IMG/VR virus record: IMGVR_UViG_3300031111_000005
Span: 1 to 36,881 of that record
Direction: 5' to 3' (one strand)
DNA: 36,881 nucleotides
Source: a virus
Shown: one piece after another, positions 15,437-24,300 of the stretch
Layout: every line of letters begins with the position of its first letter
Numbering within the stretch: position 1 is the stretch's first letter
Position numbers and translations under genes: made by a program
Notes under the pieces: model-generated
Told to the model about the DNA's origin: nothing
The model's database searches: none
The model's input: only the letters and a program-made list of their open reading frames with translations

Positions 15437-16177
15437 TTAATTCCAAAAACTTTGTGGAACACCTCTTACTACTTGTTTTCTTCCAAACAATCCCCAATCT
15501 GTATCTACTCTTCCTTCTCTATTTCTCCATATTGGTCTTACTGCTTGAGAAGGATACCTTTGAGGAATTTGTTGTGGCATTGGTCTTGGCATTTGTTGTT
15601 GTTGAATTTGTTGTAATATCATTTGTTGTCTTTGAAATTCAGACATTTGATTTGGATATTGTGGTTGAACTCCAACACTTTGTAATTGTCTTGTATCTAT
15701 AACTTGTTTTGCTTGTTCTGGGGGTATTCCTCTTTTTGATAATTGTTGTATTGCTTGTTGGTCAACTTGTTGTGCTTTTTGTTGAGCTTCTCTTTTTAAT
15801 TGTTTAACTCTTTTATAATATAGAGTTGCTGGAATTGGTTGTCCTGTTTGTGGGTCACGGTGTTTATAATCTCCTCTTGGTCTTCCAGGTCCTTCTTTTA
15901 CTCTTTGTTGAGTTCCTTGAGTTTTTGGAGTTCCTCCAGCAAATCCTGCACCTATATTTAATAAAGAACTTGATAATCTTTGTTTTGTTCCGTATGCTTT
16001 ACTTACTCCTTTGAATGCTTTTTTTCCAGTTTTAGAAATATTTTTATCTAATTTATTTGAAATTTTTTTAGTTTTATCATAAGCATTTTTAGCTAATTTT
16101 TTATAAACCTTATTTTGTTGACTCTGTGCCTCTTTACTCATTCTCTTTTTAAATTGTTCGTATGTTTCTTTCACCAT
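15437..16177 (-). CDS. Lys-rich / Gln-Pro-rich low-complexity protein with AT-hook-like GRP core (246 aa)
   Basis: ORF track; EGPGRPRGDYKHR; C-terminal half dominated by Q and P (QQMILQQIQQQQMPRPMPQQIPQ); first gene after a class-2 promoter. Confidence 0.7.
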   Translation of the reverse strand: MVKETYEQFKKRMSKEAQSQQNKVYKKLAKNAYDKTKKISNKLDKNISKTGKKAFKGVSKAYGTKQRLSSSLLNIGAGFAGGTPKTQGTQQRVKEGPGRPRGDYKHRDPQTGQPIPATLYYKRVKQLKREAQQKAQQVDQQAIQQLSKRGIPPEQAKQVIDTRQLQSVGVQPQYPNQMSEFQRQQMILQQIQQQQMPRPMPQQIPQRYPSQAVRPIWRNREGRVDTDWGLFGRKQVVRGVPQSFWN

Positions 16178-16192
16178 TTTCTTTTTAATTAT

Positions 16193-16226
16193 ACAGTAAC
16201 TTTGTTATTTAAATTTTTTGAATTTA
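16193..16226 (-). promoter_or_regulatory. Class-2 promoter (BRE-like purine run + TTTAAATA) upstream of 16177
   Basis: Minus-strand reading TAAATTCAAAAAATTTAAATAACAAAGTTACTGT; 33/34 identical to 24952..24985; TATA lies about 28 nt before the ATG. Confidence 0.65.
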
Positions 16227-16508
16227 CCTCATTGCATTTATGTAATTTATAATTCCTGATACTGCATAATATAAAGCAAATAATAATACTATTCCAGTTA
16301 TTAATGAACCAAAATATCCTAATGAAAATGCAGCTATAAAAGTTATTAAAATAACCATTATTGATTCCATAGATAATCTCCCCATTATTCCAGTTATTAA
16401 TAAAATTCCTGCCCAAATAAAACCAGATAACCATACACTTCCAGCTACATAATTCACCATTAATTCAAATAAGTCTAATGAACCAGGTAATGCTTCATAA
16501 TCTACCAT
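16224..16508 (-). CDS. Multi-pass membrane protein (94 aa)
   Basis: ORF track. Preferred over the overlapping frame 16189..16434, which is low-complexity N/I/F-rich. Confidence 0.6.
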   Translation of the reverse strand: MVDYEALPGSLDLFELMVNYVAGSVWLSGFIWAGILLITGIMGRLSMESIMVILITFIAAFSLGYFGSLITGIVLLFALYYAVSGIINYINAMR

Positions 16509-16531
16509 TTTATTTTTGTTTTCATTTTAAT

Positions 16532-17011
16532 TTATCCCGAACTTTCTGGACTCCATATTTGACTCCAACAAGCCCAAAAAGCATAAAGTATTATTGGTCC
16601 AATCATTAAACCAGCCACTATCATTCCTAATGTTGTAGTTGTTGAACCATCAACTATTGCATTACATCCAAATTCTGCTGTGCAAGTTATTGTTGTTAAT
16701 ATTTTACTTGAAACAAAAGTCCATAATTGTATGAATGGAGCTTCTACCCAACTTAATAAAACTGCAAACATTCCAACTCTTATTAACCAATCTTGTTTAA
16801 CATATAAAGTTCCAATTACTATTGAACCCAATCCTAATGATGTTAATATTCCTAATTCTGATTTTAAAGCATTTATTATGAAATCTGCAAAATCTGCTGT
16901 TGGAGAAATGAATACTTTTGCTATTTCACCTAAAACTCCCGAACCATCTATTATAAATAAAACTATTGAAATCAATCCTGAAAGCACTAAAGTATTAAAC
17001 ATCTTTCCCAT
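16532..17011 (-). CDS. Multi-pass membrane protein (159 aa from MGKMFNTL)
   Basis: ORF track entry trimmed to the Met overlapping the upstream stop (TAATG at 17009..17013); 4-5 hydrophobic segments. Confidence 0.65.
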   Translation of the reverse strand: MGKMFNTLVLSGLISIVLFIIDGSGVLGEIAKVFISPTADFADFIINALKSELGILTSLGLGSIVIGTLYVKQDWLIRVGMFAVLLSWVEAPFIQLWTFVSSKILTTITCTAEFGCNAIVDGSTTTTLGMIVAGLMIGPIILYAFWACWSQIWSPESSG

Positions 17012-20000
17012 TATATCATTCTCCTTGTAAAGTATCCTATTACAAAACAACTATAAACAAATGCAAAGTAATATTGATTAAACCAATCCCAATTTGAAAT
17101 ATCATTAAAAGTTAAAAATCCTGGTATTGATGCTATTACTACAAATATCCACATCAAGAAAACCATTCCTCCTCTTTCTTGAATATCCCATCCAGCATAA
17201 TTCATTACTGCACAAATTATTGTTGTTACTAAAAAGAATATTAAAATATAAGTGTAATCTCTATGATTAGGATTATCATTAAATAATTCTAAATCCATTG
17301 TTTTTAAACCTACAAAAAAATCTGTTAATGTTGAACCAGTAGTATTTGTTGTTTCAAAAATCCAATTTGCATCATCTTCTAATTGAACCCATCCATCTCC
17401 AATATCTATTAATAATCTTCCTTTTATAATTTGATAATCTAATGAAGAAGAATAATTTGTTTGAACAAAACAACTTGAATTACTACTTATTGCATTTTCT
17501 TGATTTGTAGATAATGTTATTGATTTATTTTGGTTTAAAATATCTATTCTACACATTTGTAAATTTGAATTTGAAGAAGTTATATTAAAACCAAAATTTC
17601 TTTCCGAACTATTTTCTATTATTCCTATGCTTGGAAATATATACCATTTTAATCCATCTAAATCTGATTCTGATAAATATTGTGAGGAGTTTGTTCCTAA
17701 ATTAATTGTGTAAGAACTTTGTGTTGGAATTATTGAATAAATAACACTTCCATATCCTGATTTTGTGAATGTGAATGTATGAGAGAAATCTGGATTAACC
17801 CAGAAAGTTACTGACCCAGCACTATCTGTTGTTCCTGTTCCAACTGTTACGCTTTCTTCATCTATTGTTCTTACTACTGTTGCATCTACTCCATTCAATG
17901 GTCTATTTGAAGAATCTAAAACTTGGAATGTTGTATAAATACCATCTGTTGAACTAAGTAAATAAAGAATTTTATTTGTTGTAGTATTTGTATAACTTGT
18001 TAAGGTTGGATTATAAATTCTTTGAGGATATGTTGTTCCTTGTTTATATTGGATGTATGGGTCAACATTTAATGTTTTATCTCTCGCATTTAAACAAAAA
18101 GCATAGCTTGGATTATCACTTGTATTAATAAATGTTAAAGTTTTAGTTACACTTCCATCTCCTAAATAATATTCAAATGTTGAAGTTGTTATACTTCCAT
18201 TTATATAAGTTAAAGTTCCTTCATCTTTGAATGTATAATTAACATAACTAACATTGTTTGTTGCATTACATAAATCAAATATTAAATTATTTACATCTTG
18301 TCCAAGAAGATTTGTTTGTTTTGTTCCACTTCCATAATCTATTGTCCAATTAAATGTTTTGTTTCCTATTATGCTATTTGCATTTGTTAAACTTACTTTC
18401 CATAATTGATTTGTAGAACTTCCAATATTTGTTCCAGAATAAGAAGAACCATTTAAATTTAATGTTGCAGAACTTATTGAAGTTAATTCATTTACACTTA
18501 TGTTTAATAAAAAATTCTCTGTTGCAGTTTCATAACTTGTTACATTAAATATTTCTTCATTATATTCATAAGCAGTTATATTAAAAGTATAATTAGATGT
18601 TGCAAATTCACAAAAATTATAAGTTTCATTTCCACCACATAAATAATAATTCCATTCATAAGAATCATTTATTGTTAAATTATATATTGAACTTACTGTT
18701 GAATTATATGTTCCACTTAATTCTGTAAAATTTGTTATTCTTAATGAACTATCTGGATTCCAAATATATAGTGTTGCATTTGTAAACTCAAGACCAGATG
18801 TTATTTGTGATGTGCAATTAAAAAATAATGTTCTATTTATTGTATTTAGATAATTTTCTGGGTAATTTAATTCTGTTATTATTGTTCCAGAACTTTCAAA
18901 ACTTAAACCAACACCACCATTATATAAATCATCAATTTCTGCAACAGTTAAACTTCTATCCCACATACCAACTTCATCTATATCCCCAAATAATTCATCC
19001 CCCCCTCCACCCAATAATGTAATATTTCCTGTTACTATACTTCCAGTAGCTTTTGTTACATTTACTAATGTATTATTAACAAAAACTTCTAAATCTAAAC
19101 TTTCATTTCTTTGTAAAACTAAATGTGTCCATTGACTTCCATCTTGAGGTATTCCAGTTTGAAAATTAGTTGTATCACTTCCAGCAACAAAAACTCTCAT
19201 GTTTCCTCCAGCAATATTAATGAATCTTATTCCATTATTGTCAGTTGGTTCTTTTATGTTAAAGAAAACTCCAGTTCCACTTTCTCTAACTTTAACCCAC
19301 ATAGAAACTGCAAAAGGATTTGTAGAATTTGGAAATCCAGTAAAATCTGTTCCACTTGTTGTCATATATGCTCCAGCACTACCAGTTCCATTTACTTTTC
19401 CATTTATTAAACCATTTGTATTAAATTCTGTTTCTCCCATTAAAGTAAGATTTAATTGAACACCATTGGTTGCACCACCTATATCTTCTGCAATAGTTCC
19501 ACTTGTTTCGTCTAATCTCCAATAATGAGTTAATCCGTCTGCTGCACCCCACAAAGCCCATTCTTCTAACCAATATCCTCCAACTTTAATTTGCCAATCT
19601 GTTTTAGAAAGTATTTCTAATTCTCCTTTTATATCAACATCATAAGTTCCTGATTTAACTTCTGTTCCTAATTCATAAAGTTTATTATTTACATAAATTT
19701 GATAACTTTCTGGTTGGTCGCCAATAAATCTTATATCTTCAATAAGAACTCCATCATCTTCTAAAACAACTTCTACATTAGCATTACATTTTCCATTTTT
19801 ACATATCTCAGTATTATCTTTTAAAGTTAATTCTTTTGTTTTTTCAAACCATCCAAATACATCAATCCAACTCTTTTCTTTCAAAGTTATTTTTCCATAC
19901 TTAGTCATATCAGTTGATTTTATTTCATCCTTAACAAAACTCTTAGTTACTCCAGCACTAACTAAACTAATCATAAAAATTCCTAAGATAACTATTAACA

Positions 20001-20013
20001 TTATTTTTTTCAT
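17011..20013 (-). CDS. 1000-aa envelope/fibre-like protein: signal peptide, LamG domain, long N-x-S/T-rich beta region, multi-TM C-terminus
   Basis: MKKIMLIVILGIFMISLVSA signal. LamG_3 pattern FAVSMWVKVR...GSQWTHLVLQR...LFGDIDEVGMWDRSLTVAEIDDLYNGG. C-terminal ~120 aa contain several hydrophobic helices. Confidence 0.85.
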   Translation of the reverse strand: MKKIMLIVILGIFMISLVSAGVTKSFVKDEIKSTDMTKYGKITLKEKSWIDVFGWFEKTKELTLKDNTEICKNGKCNANVEVVLEDDGVLIEDIRFIGDQPESYQIYVNNKLYELGTEVKSGTYDVDIKGELEILSKTDWQIKVGGYWLEEWALWGAADGLTHYWRLDETSGTIAEDIGGATNGVQLNLTLMGETEFNTNGLINGKVNGTGSAGAYMTTSGTDFTGFPNSTNPFAVSMWVKVRESGTGVFFNIKEPTDNNGIRFINIAGGNMRVFVAGSDTTNFQTGIPQDGSQWTHLVLQRNESLDLEVFVNNTLVNVTKATGSIVTGNITLLGGGGDELFGDIDEVGMWDRSLTVAEIDDLYNGGVGLSFESSGTIITELNYPENYLNTINRTLFFNCTSQITSGLEFTNATLYIWNPDSSLRITNFTELSGTYNSTVSSIYNLTINDSYEWNYYLCGGNETYNFCEFATSNYTFNITAYEYNEEIFNVTSYETATENFLLNISVNELTSISSATLNLNGSSYSGTNIGSSTNQLWKVSLTNANSIIGNKTFNWTIDYGSGTKQTNLLGQDVNNLIFDLCNATNNVSYVNYTFKDEGTLTYINGSITTSTFEYYLGDGSVTKTLTFINTSDNPSYAFCLNARDKTLNVDPYIQYKQGTTYPQRIYNPTLTSYTNTTTNKILYLLSSTDGIYTTFQVLDSSNRPLNGVDATVVRTIDEESVTVGTGTTDSAGSVTFWVNPDFSHTFTFTKSGYGSVIYSIIPTQSSYTINLGTNSSQYLSESDLDGLKWYIFPSIGIIENSSERNFGFNITSSNSNLQMCRIDILNQNKSITLSTNQENAISSNSSCFVQTNYSSSLDYQIIKGRLLIDIGDGWVQLEDDANWIFETTNTTGSTLTDFFVGLKTMDLELFNDNPNHRDYTYILIFFLVTTIICAVMNYAGWDIQERGGMVFLMWIFVVIASIPGFLTFNDISNWDWFNQYYFAFVYSCFVIGYFTRRMI

Positions 20014-20225
20014 TTTTCAATACTCCTTATTGGACATTTCCATTTTCTTCTTGATTGGTAGTTTGGAGAATCTTTTTCTCTTGCAGAAGGAAACTTTTTA
20101 GCAATTCCTAAACTTCTTGCACAATAACTAAACCATTTTTTACTTCCAGGTCTTCCTATCCAAACACCTTTTTGTCCGTGTTCTATAACTTTTCCATTTA
20201 CTTTAGTTTTCCATTTCTTTTCCAT
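20010..20225 (-). CDS. Small basic protein (71 aa)
   Basis: ORF track; 4-nt overlap with the downstream gene. Confidence 0.55.
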   Translation of the reverse strand: MEKKWKTKVNGKVIEHGQKGVWIGRPGSKKWFSYCARSLGIAKKFPSAREKDSPNYQSRRKWKCPIRSIEK

Positions 20226-20279
20226 TTTATCTTGTTTTAACTAAGTAAGTTATCTATTCGCACTATTTCATTTAACTTC

Positions 20280-20645
20280 TTAGTATGTAGGGTAATAAGG
20301 TTGAGGTTCTTGTTGAACTGAACCAGCAATTCTTCCAGACACTATTCCAGATATTATTGAAAAAACTATTGTTAATACATACATTCCAGGTGTGAAATTA
20401 AGTATTGAACAAGTAATTGTATCTGTATCTTTTGTAGCATCATAGGACTTATTATTTGCACCTAAAGTTGCTTCATTAGGGTCTGTATAACCTGGACAAT
20501 TTGCTGAATCACTACCTTTTCCCATTCCAATCATTTGAATAATTGATGGTAATAAAGCCGACAACATAAAGAACATCATAACTGCTACTAACATTCCTGT
20601 TATCATTCCCATTCCCATTTGTCCTCTTTTGTTTTTACTTTTCAT
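20280..20645 (-). CDS. Prepilin-like protein with class-III signal peptide and C-terminal TM (121 aa from MKSKNKRGQ...)
   Basis: Start set at the ATG at 20645, preceded by AAAGGAGGAT. MKSKNKRG/QMGMGMITGMLVAVMMFFML matches the archaeal prepilin/pre-archaellin pattern: a basic N-terminus, [KR]-G, then about 20 hydrophobic residues. Confidence 0.5.
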   Translation of the reverse strand: MKSKNKRGQMGMGMITGMLVAVMMFFMLSALLPSIIQMIGMGKGSDSANCPGYTDPNEATLGANNKSYDATKDTDTITCSILNFTPGMYVLTIVFSIISGIVSGRIAGSVQQEPQPYYPTY

Positions 20646-20724
20646 TTTATCCTCCTTTAATTTAATTAACTCCCCCAATTTCTTGGGGGAGGTCAATACG
20701 ATACCCAATCTTAATTGACTATGA

Positions 20725-20847
20725 TTACTTCTTTTTATAAGAAGATTTTGCAATTTTAAGAACTTCCTTTAAACTTTTTCCTTCGTTCTTTTTCATTGCC
20801 TTACACTTTTTAACATGGTTTATCCATGGATTTGTTTTTGTTTTCAT
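20725..20847 (-). CDS. Small basic protein (40 aa, MKTKTNPWINHVKKCKAMKKNEGKSLKEVLKIAKSSYKKK)
   Basis: Hand translation; GGAGG 7 nt upstream. It occupies the region covered by the N-terminal extension of ORF-track entry 20280..20753. Confidence 0.45.
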   Translation of the reverse strand: MKTKTNPWINHVKKCKAMKKNEGKSLKEVLKIAKSSYKKK

Positions 20848-20930
20848 TTTTTCCTCCATTTAATTTATTTGAAAATATGGGATTTAGAATCCCAAAAATT
20901 TAAAAAACTAAAAAAAAATTATTTAGGAAA

Positions 20931-20981
20931 TTATTTCCTCTTTCTTTTTTTTGTTGTCTTTCTTTTTTTCTTTTTAGCCAT
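20931..20981 (-). CDS. 16-codon polybasic micro-ORF (MAKKKKRKTTKKRKRK)
   Basis: Hand translation. AAAGGAGGAAAAAAGA directly precedes the ATG, which overlaps the end of the upstream ORF. No other support. Confidence 0.25.
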   Translation of the reverse strand: MAKKKKRKTTKKRKRK

Positions 20982-21135
20982 TCTTTTTTCCTCCTTTTAA
21001 TTTAATCGGTTTTAATAAACCAATATCCTTTGTTGGACCATAATATTTTATTGATACTCTACAAACTGCATAAGGATTTACATTTGGGGATTTCTTTTTT
21101 ACTTTCCCCACACAACTAATAAATTTTTTAGGCAT
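20974..21135 (-). CDS. Small basic protein (53 aa, MPKKFISCVGKVKKKSPNVNPYAVCRVSIKYYG...)
   Basis: Hand translation; fills the gap between 21128..21310 and the micro-ORF. Confidence 0.45.
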   Translation of the reverse strand: MPKKFISCVGKVKKKSPNVNPYAVCRVSIKYYGPTKDIGLLKPIKLKGGKKNG

Positions 21136-21310
21136 TTTTTAATTTCTTCTCCATTTTAACTAATTCTTTGTAATAACAAGGACTTTCTTTTAGATGGTCT
21201 TTTGCTATCTTAATAGCCATTATCTTTTGTTTTCCTTTTGGAAATAAATGTGCGTGTTCCATTTCTATTTTAGTTCCAAGTTTTAATTGTTTTGATTTAT
21301 TGCATTTCAT
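21128..21310 (-). CDS. Small protein (60 aa) with EMEH...DHLKESPCYYKEL motif
   Basis: ORF track; 4-nt overlap with the upstream giant gene. Confidence 0.55.
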   Translation of the reverse strand: MKCNKSKQLKLGTKIEMEHAHLFPKGKQKIMAIKIAKDHLKESPCYYKELVKMEKKLKNA

Positions 21311-24300
21311 ATTACACTTAATACCCCCCTTCTTGATTTTTTTATTTCACTTCTTTCACCCAGACTTCCTAATCTTGTTTCTCTAATTTGAACTATACTT
21401 AATGGGTCAACTTTACTTTTTCTAAATCCTCTTGTTGGACCTAATCCTATTTGTTTTCCTTTTGTTGTTTTAACTTTTAATGTTGCTCCTAATGTTTTCT
21501 TTACTCTTTGTTTTCCTGCTTCAACTATTCTTCCTAAATCTTTTCCTTTTGCAATCACTACTTCTTTTCCATATCTTTTTGTTATTGCTAAAAATTCTTC
21601 ATCTCCTTTTCTTCTTTTTGTAATTCTTCTTTTTATCTTCTTAGACTCTGGTAATTTAAATTTTATTTTAAATGGTCTTTTTGGTATTGGTCTTTTTATA
21701 GTTTCTTTTGGTCTTGGAGTTCTTAATCCTGTTCTTAATACTTGTATTGGTTTAGTTGCTTGTGTTGTTTTTGTTACAACTTTTATTTTTTCTCCAATCT
21801 TTATTTTTTCTAAAGGTTTAATTCCAATATCTAATTTTGGTTTTACATCTAATTTTTCTCCAAAATCTACTCTTGATGGTTGTTTGAATTTTAAACCAGT
21901 ATCTAAATTAATATTTGTTTTAATAAATGAATCTCCCATAATAACTGGACTAATTATTGAAGTTATTTCTGGTTTTAAATCCATTGCCCCATATTCTTCT
22001 GTTCTTTCATATAATCCAGTTCCAGCATATTTACTTTCTTCAACTATTGGTAATGGAGTTGTTTCAGTTACTTTTGGTAATTCTAATTTACTTTCTTGTG
22101 TTGGTTTAGTCTTTGGTATTTCTTTTATTCTTGGTGCTTGTTTTAATTCTGGAGCATATAAACTTTGGATATACTCTGGAGAACTTTTCTTTCCTCCACC
22201 TTTAAAACTAAATACTTTATCTTCCTTTGGAACTTTTTTAACTAATAAACTTCTACTTGTTTCAATAAAACCTCTATTATCAAAAGGAACTTTTACTTTT
22301 CCACTTACTCCTAAAACATCTTTGAATACATATTCTCCAACTCTTCCACTTCTCAATGTCTTAGCTCCTAAAACTCCTGTTTCAAAATCTGCTCCCCTTA
22401 AGTTTAAAATATTTCTTCCTATTTTTGCTTCTGCTCCAGCACCAATAGTTAATGCTCCTCCTTTAGTTGGTATTCTAATATCTGAAAATGTTTTAATATC
22501 TGTCTTTCCTCCCCTTGTTTTTATTCCTAATGATTTGTCAACATCAATAACTGGTTTTTCTAATCTTGTAGTAAACTTTCCTACTCCAAAACTATCTTTA
22601 ATATTAACTTCTCCTTCTAATAATTGCTTTGAAACTTTTGGTTGTTTGTATCTTAAAAATTCTCTTGCTTGTTTTTCTGTATATCCTAAATCTTTTAAAT
22701 ATTGTAATTGGTCTTGGTATTTTCCAGGTTGTTTATATGTAACTCCACTAAATAATTCTTTTTCTTTTATTCTTCCAAAGAATCCTTCTTTTATTTCTTT
22801 TACTCTTGTTCTTTGTCCTGCTTTTCCAAATTGTTCTAATTGTTGCTCTGTAAATTTAACTTTCTTTCCCAAATCTGCACCTAATGGGTATGTTTTTAAA
22901 TCTGCTATTGGCTTATCTATTTTTAATTGTTCAAAGTATCTTCCTCTTGTTGAAGGTAATATTTCATATTTTAATCCTGCTCTTGGTTCTGATAATCTTA
23001 TTCTTGTTCCAAAGAACTCATCAAATCTTGAAGTTTGTTTAAATCCCCCTGGAACTTCTTTAAATATATTTTTTCCAAATGCAAAACTTCCAGCTTTTAA
23101 TCCTCCCCACGCTGCTAAAGGTGCAAATAATAAACTTGTTTCTACTGGTTTATCTCCAAATGCTTTTAATGGGTCATAATCATAATCTCTTAATCCTCTT
23201 TCTATATCAGAAGCATAAAAAGCTCCACCAAGAATCGGTATAGTATATGGAACTAACATCCCACCTATTTTTGAAAATTTATCTTTTCCTTCTAATTCTC
23301 TAACTTTTAATATTTCTTCTGTTGATTGCACTCCTCCAACTTCTCCAATTTCTGCAAATCCAGAATCTAAATTCCAAATAGGTATTTCTTTTTTTCCTCC
23401 AACAAATTGTCTTGCTTGTGTTCCTCTTGCTTGTAATCTTTCTAAAAAATCTGTTGTTGATTCTGAAATAGGTTGATAAACTTGTTCTCTTAAAGTATCA
23501 CTAAAATATCCCAAACTTCCTTTTCTATTTATATCTTCTAACATTAATCTTTCTTGTGGAGTTGGAGGTTGCATATATAGAGTTGAACTTGAACCTTCTG
23601 GAACTCCTGGAGCTGTTTGAACAAACATTTGTGAACTTGGTTGATAACTCCATCCTTCCCTTGATGGTGCTTTGTATATTAATTCTTGTGCATATCTTGG
23701 GTCAAAAGTCATTCCTCCTACTTTTGTAGATTCTCTTCCCAAAATACTTGCTTCTGTTGGAGAATATCCTAAATTTTCATATCTTGATATTTCTGATGTA
23801 ACTAATTTAGTATCACTTATTTTTGGTTGAAAAATACTTTGTTGCTGATAACTTTTAAATGGGTCTATTTTTATTTGTTCATTTATTCTTGCTACTTGGC
23901 TAAATGGAGTTCCAACATCTCCAACTTTAACATAACCTTCTTTAGTTAAATCTTGCATAGAACTCATACCTTGTCCAGTTTTTGGGTCAACAAAATACCC
24001 CCCAGTTCCTTCTATTTTTGATTGACTTGTTATACCCCCTAATTCTTGTGATGGAACATCTTTGTAAGTTATTTTTTCTTTTACTGCCCAAGGCAATTTA
24101 GAAATATCTTGTTGTGTTGCTGTTCCTTGACTTAATTTATCTAATACTGGTTTATTTCTTAAATAATCTGAATAGTTCTTAAATCCAATTTGTTGTGCTT
24201 GTTTATTTTGTTGTTCCTTTGCTTTTGATTTATCATAAATATAATCTGCTTCTGATGCTGCTTCTCTAAATGCTTGTCCAGAACTAACTCCCTTAATTGC

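Noticed and set aside
16189-16434. 81-aa ORF overlapping 16224..16508 in another frame.
   Set aside because: The product is N/I/F low-complexity, as expected from an off-frame reading of an AT-rich membrane-protein gene. The alternative frame gives coherent TM helices and proper spacing to its neighbours.
12350-20013. Diversity-generating retroelement targeting the LamG or C-terminal variable regions.
   Set aside because: No reverse transcriptase ORF is present. I could find no template/variable repeat pair with adenine-specific differences. The similarities between the LamG genes are limited to the generic domain motifs.
21884-23179. 431-aa plus-strand ORF antisense to the 1159-aa gene.
   Set aside because: It is a shadow ORF. 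The sense gene is rich in AAA/AAG/GAA/CCA codons, whose complements avoid stops. The product is low-complexity (S/L/F/P/N-rich) and has no start context. The whole neighbourhood is transcribed from the other strand.
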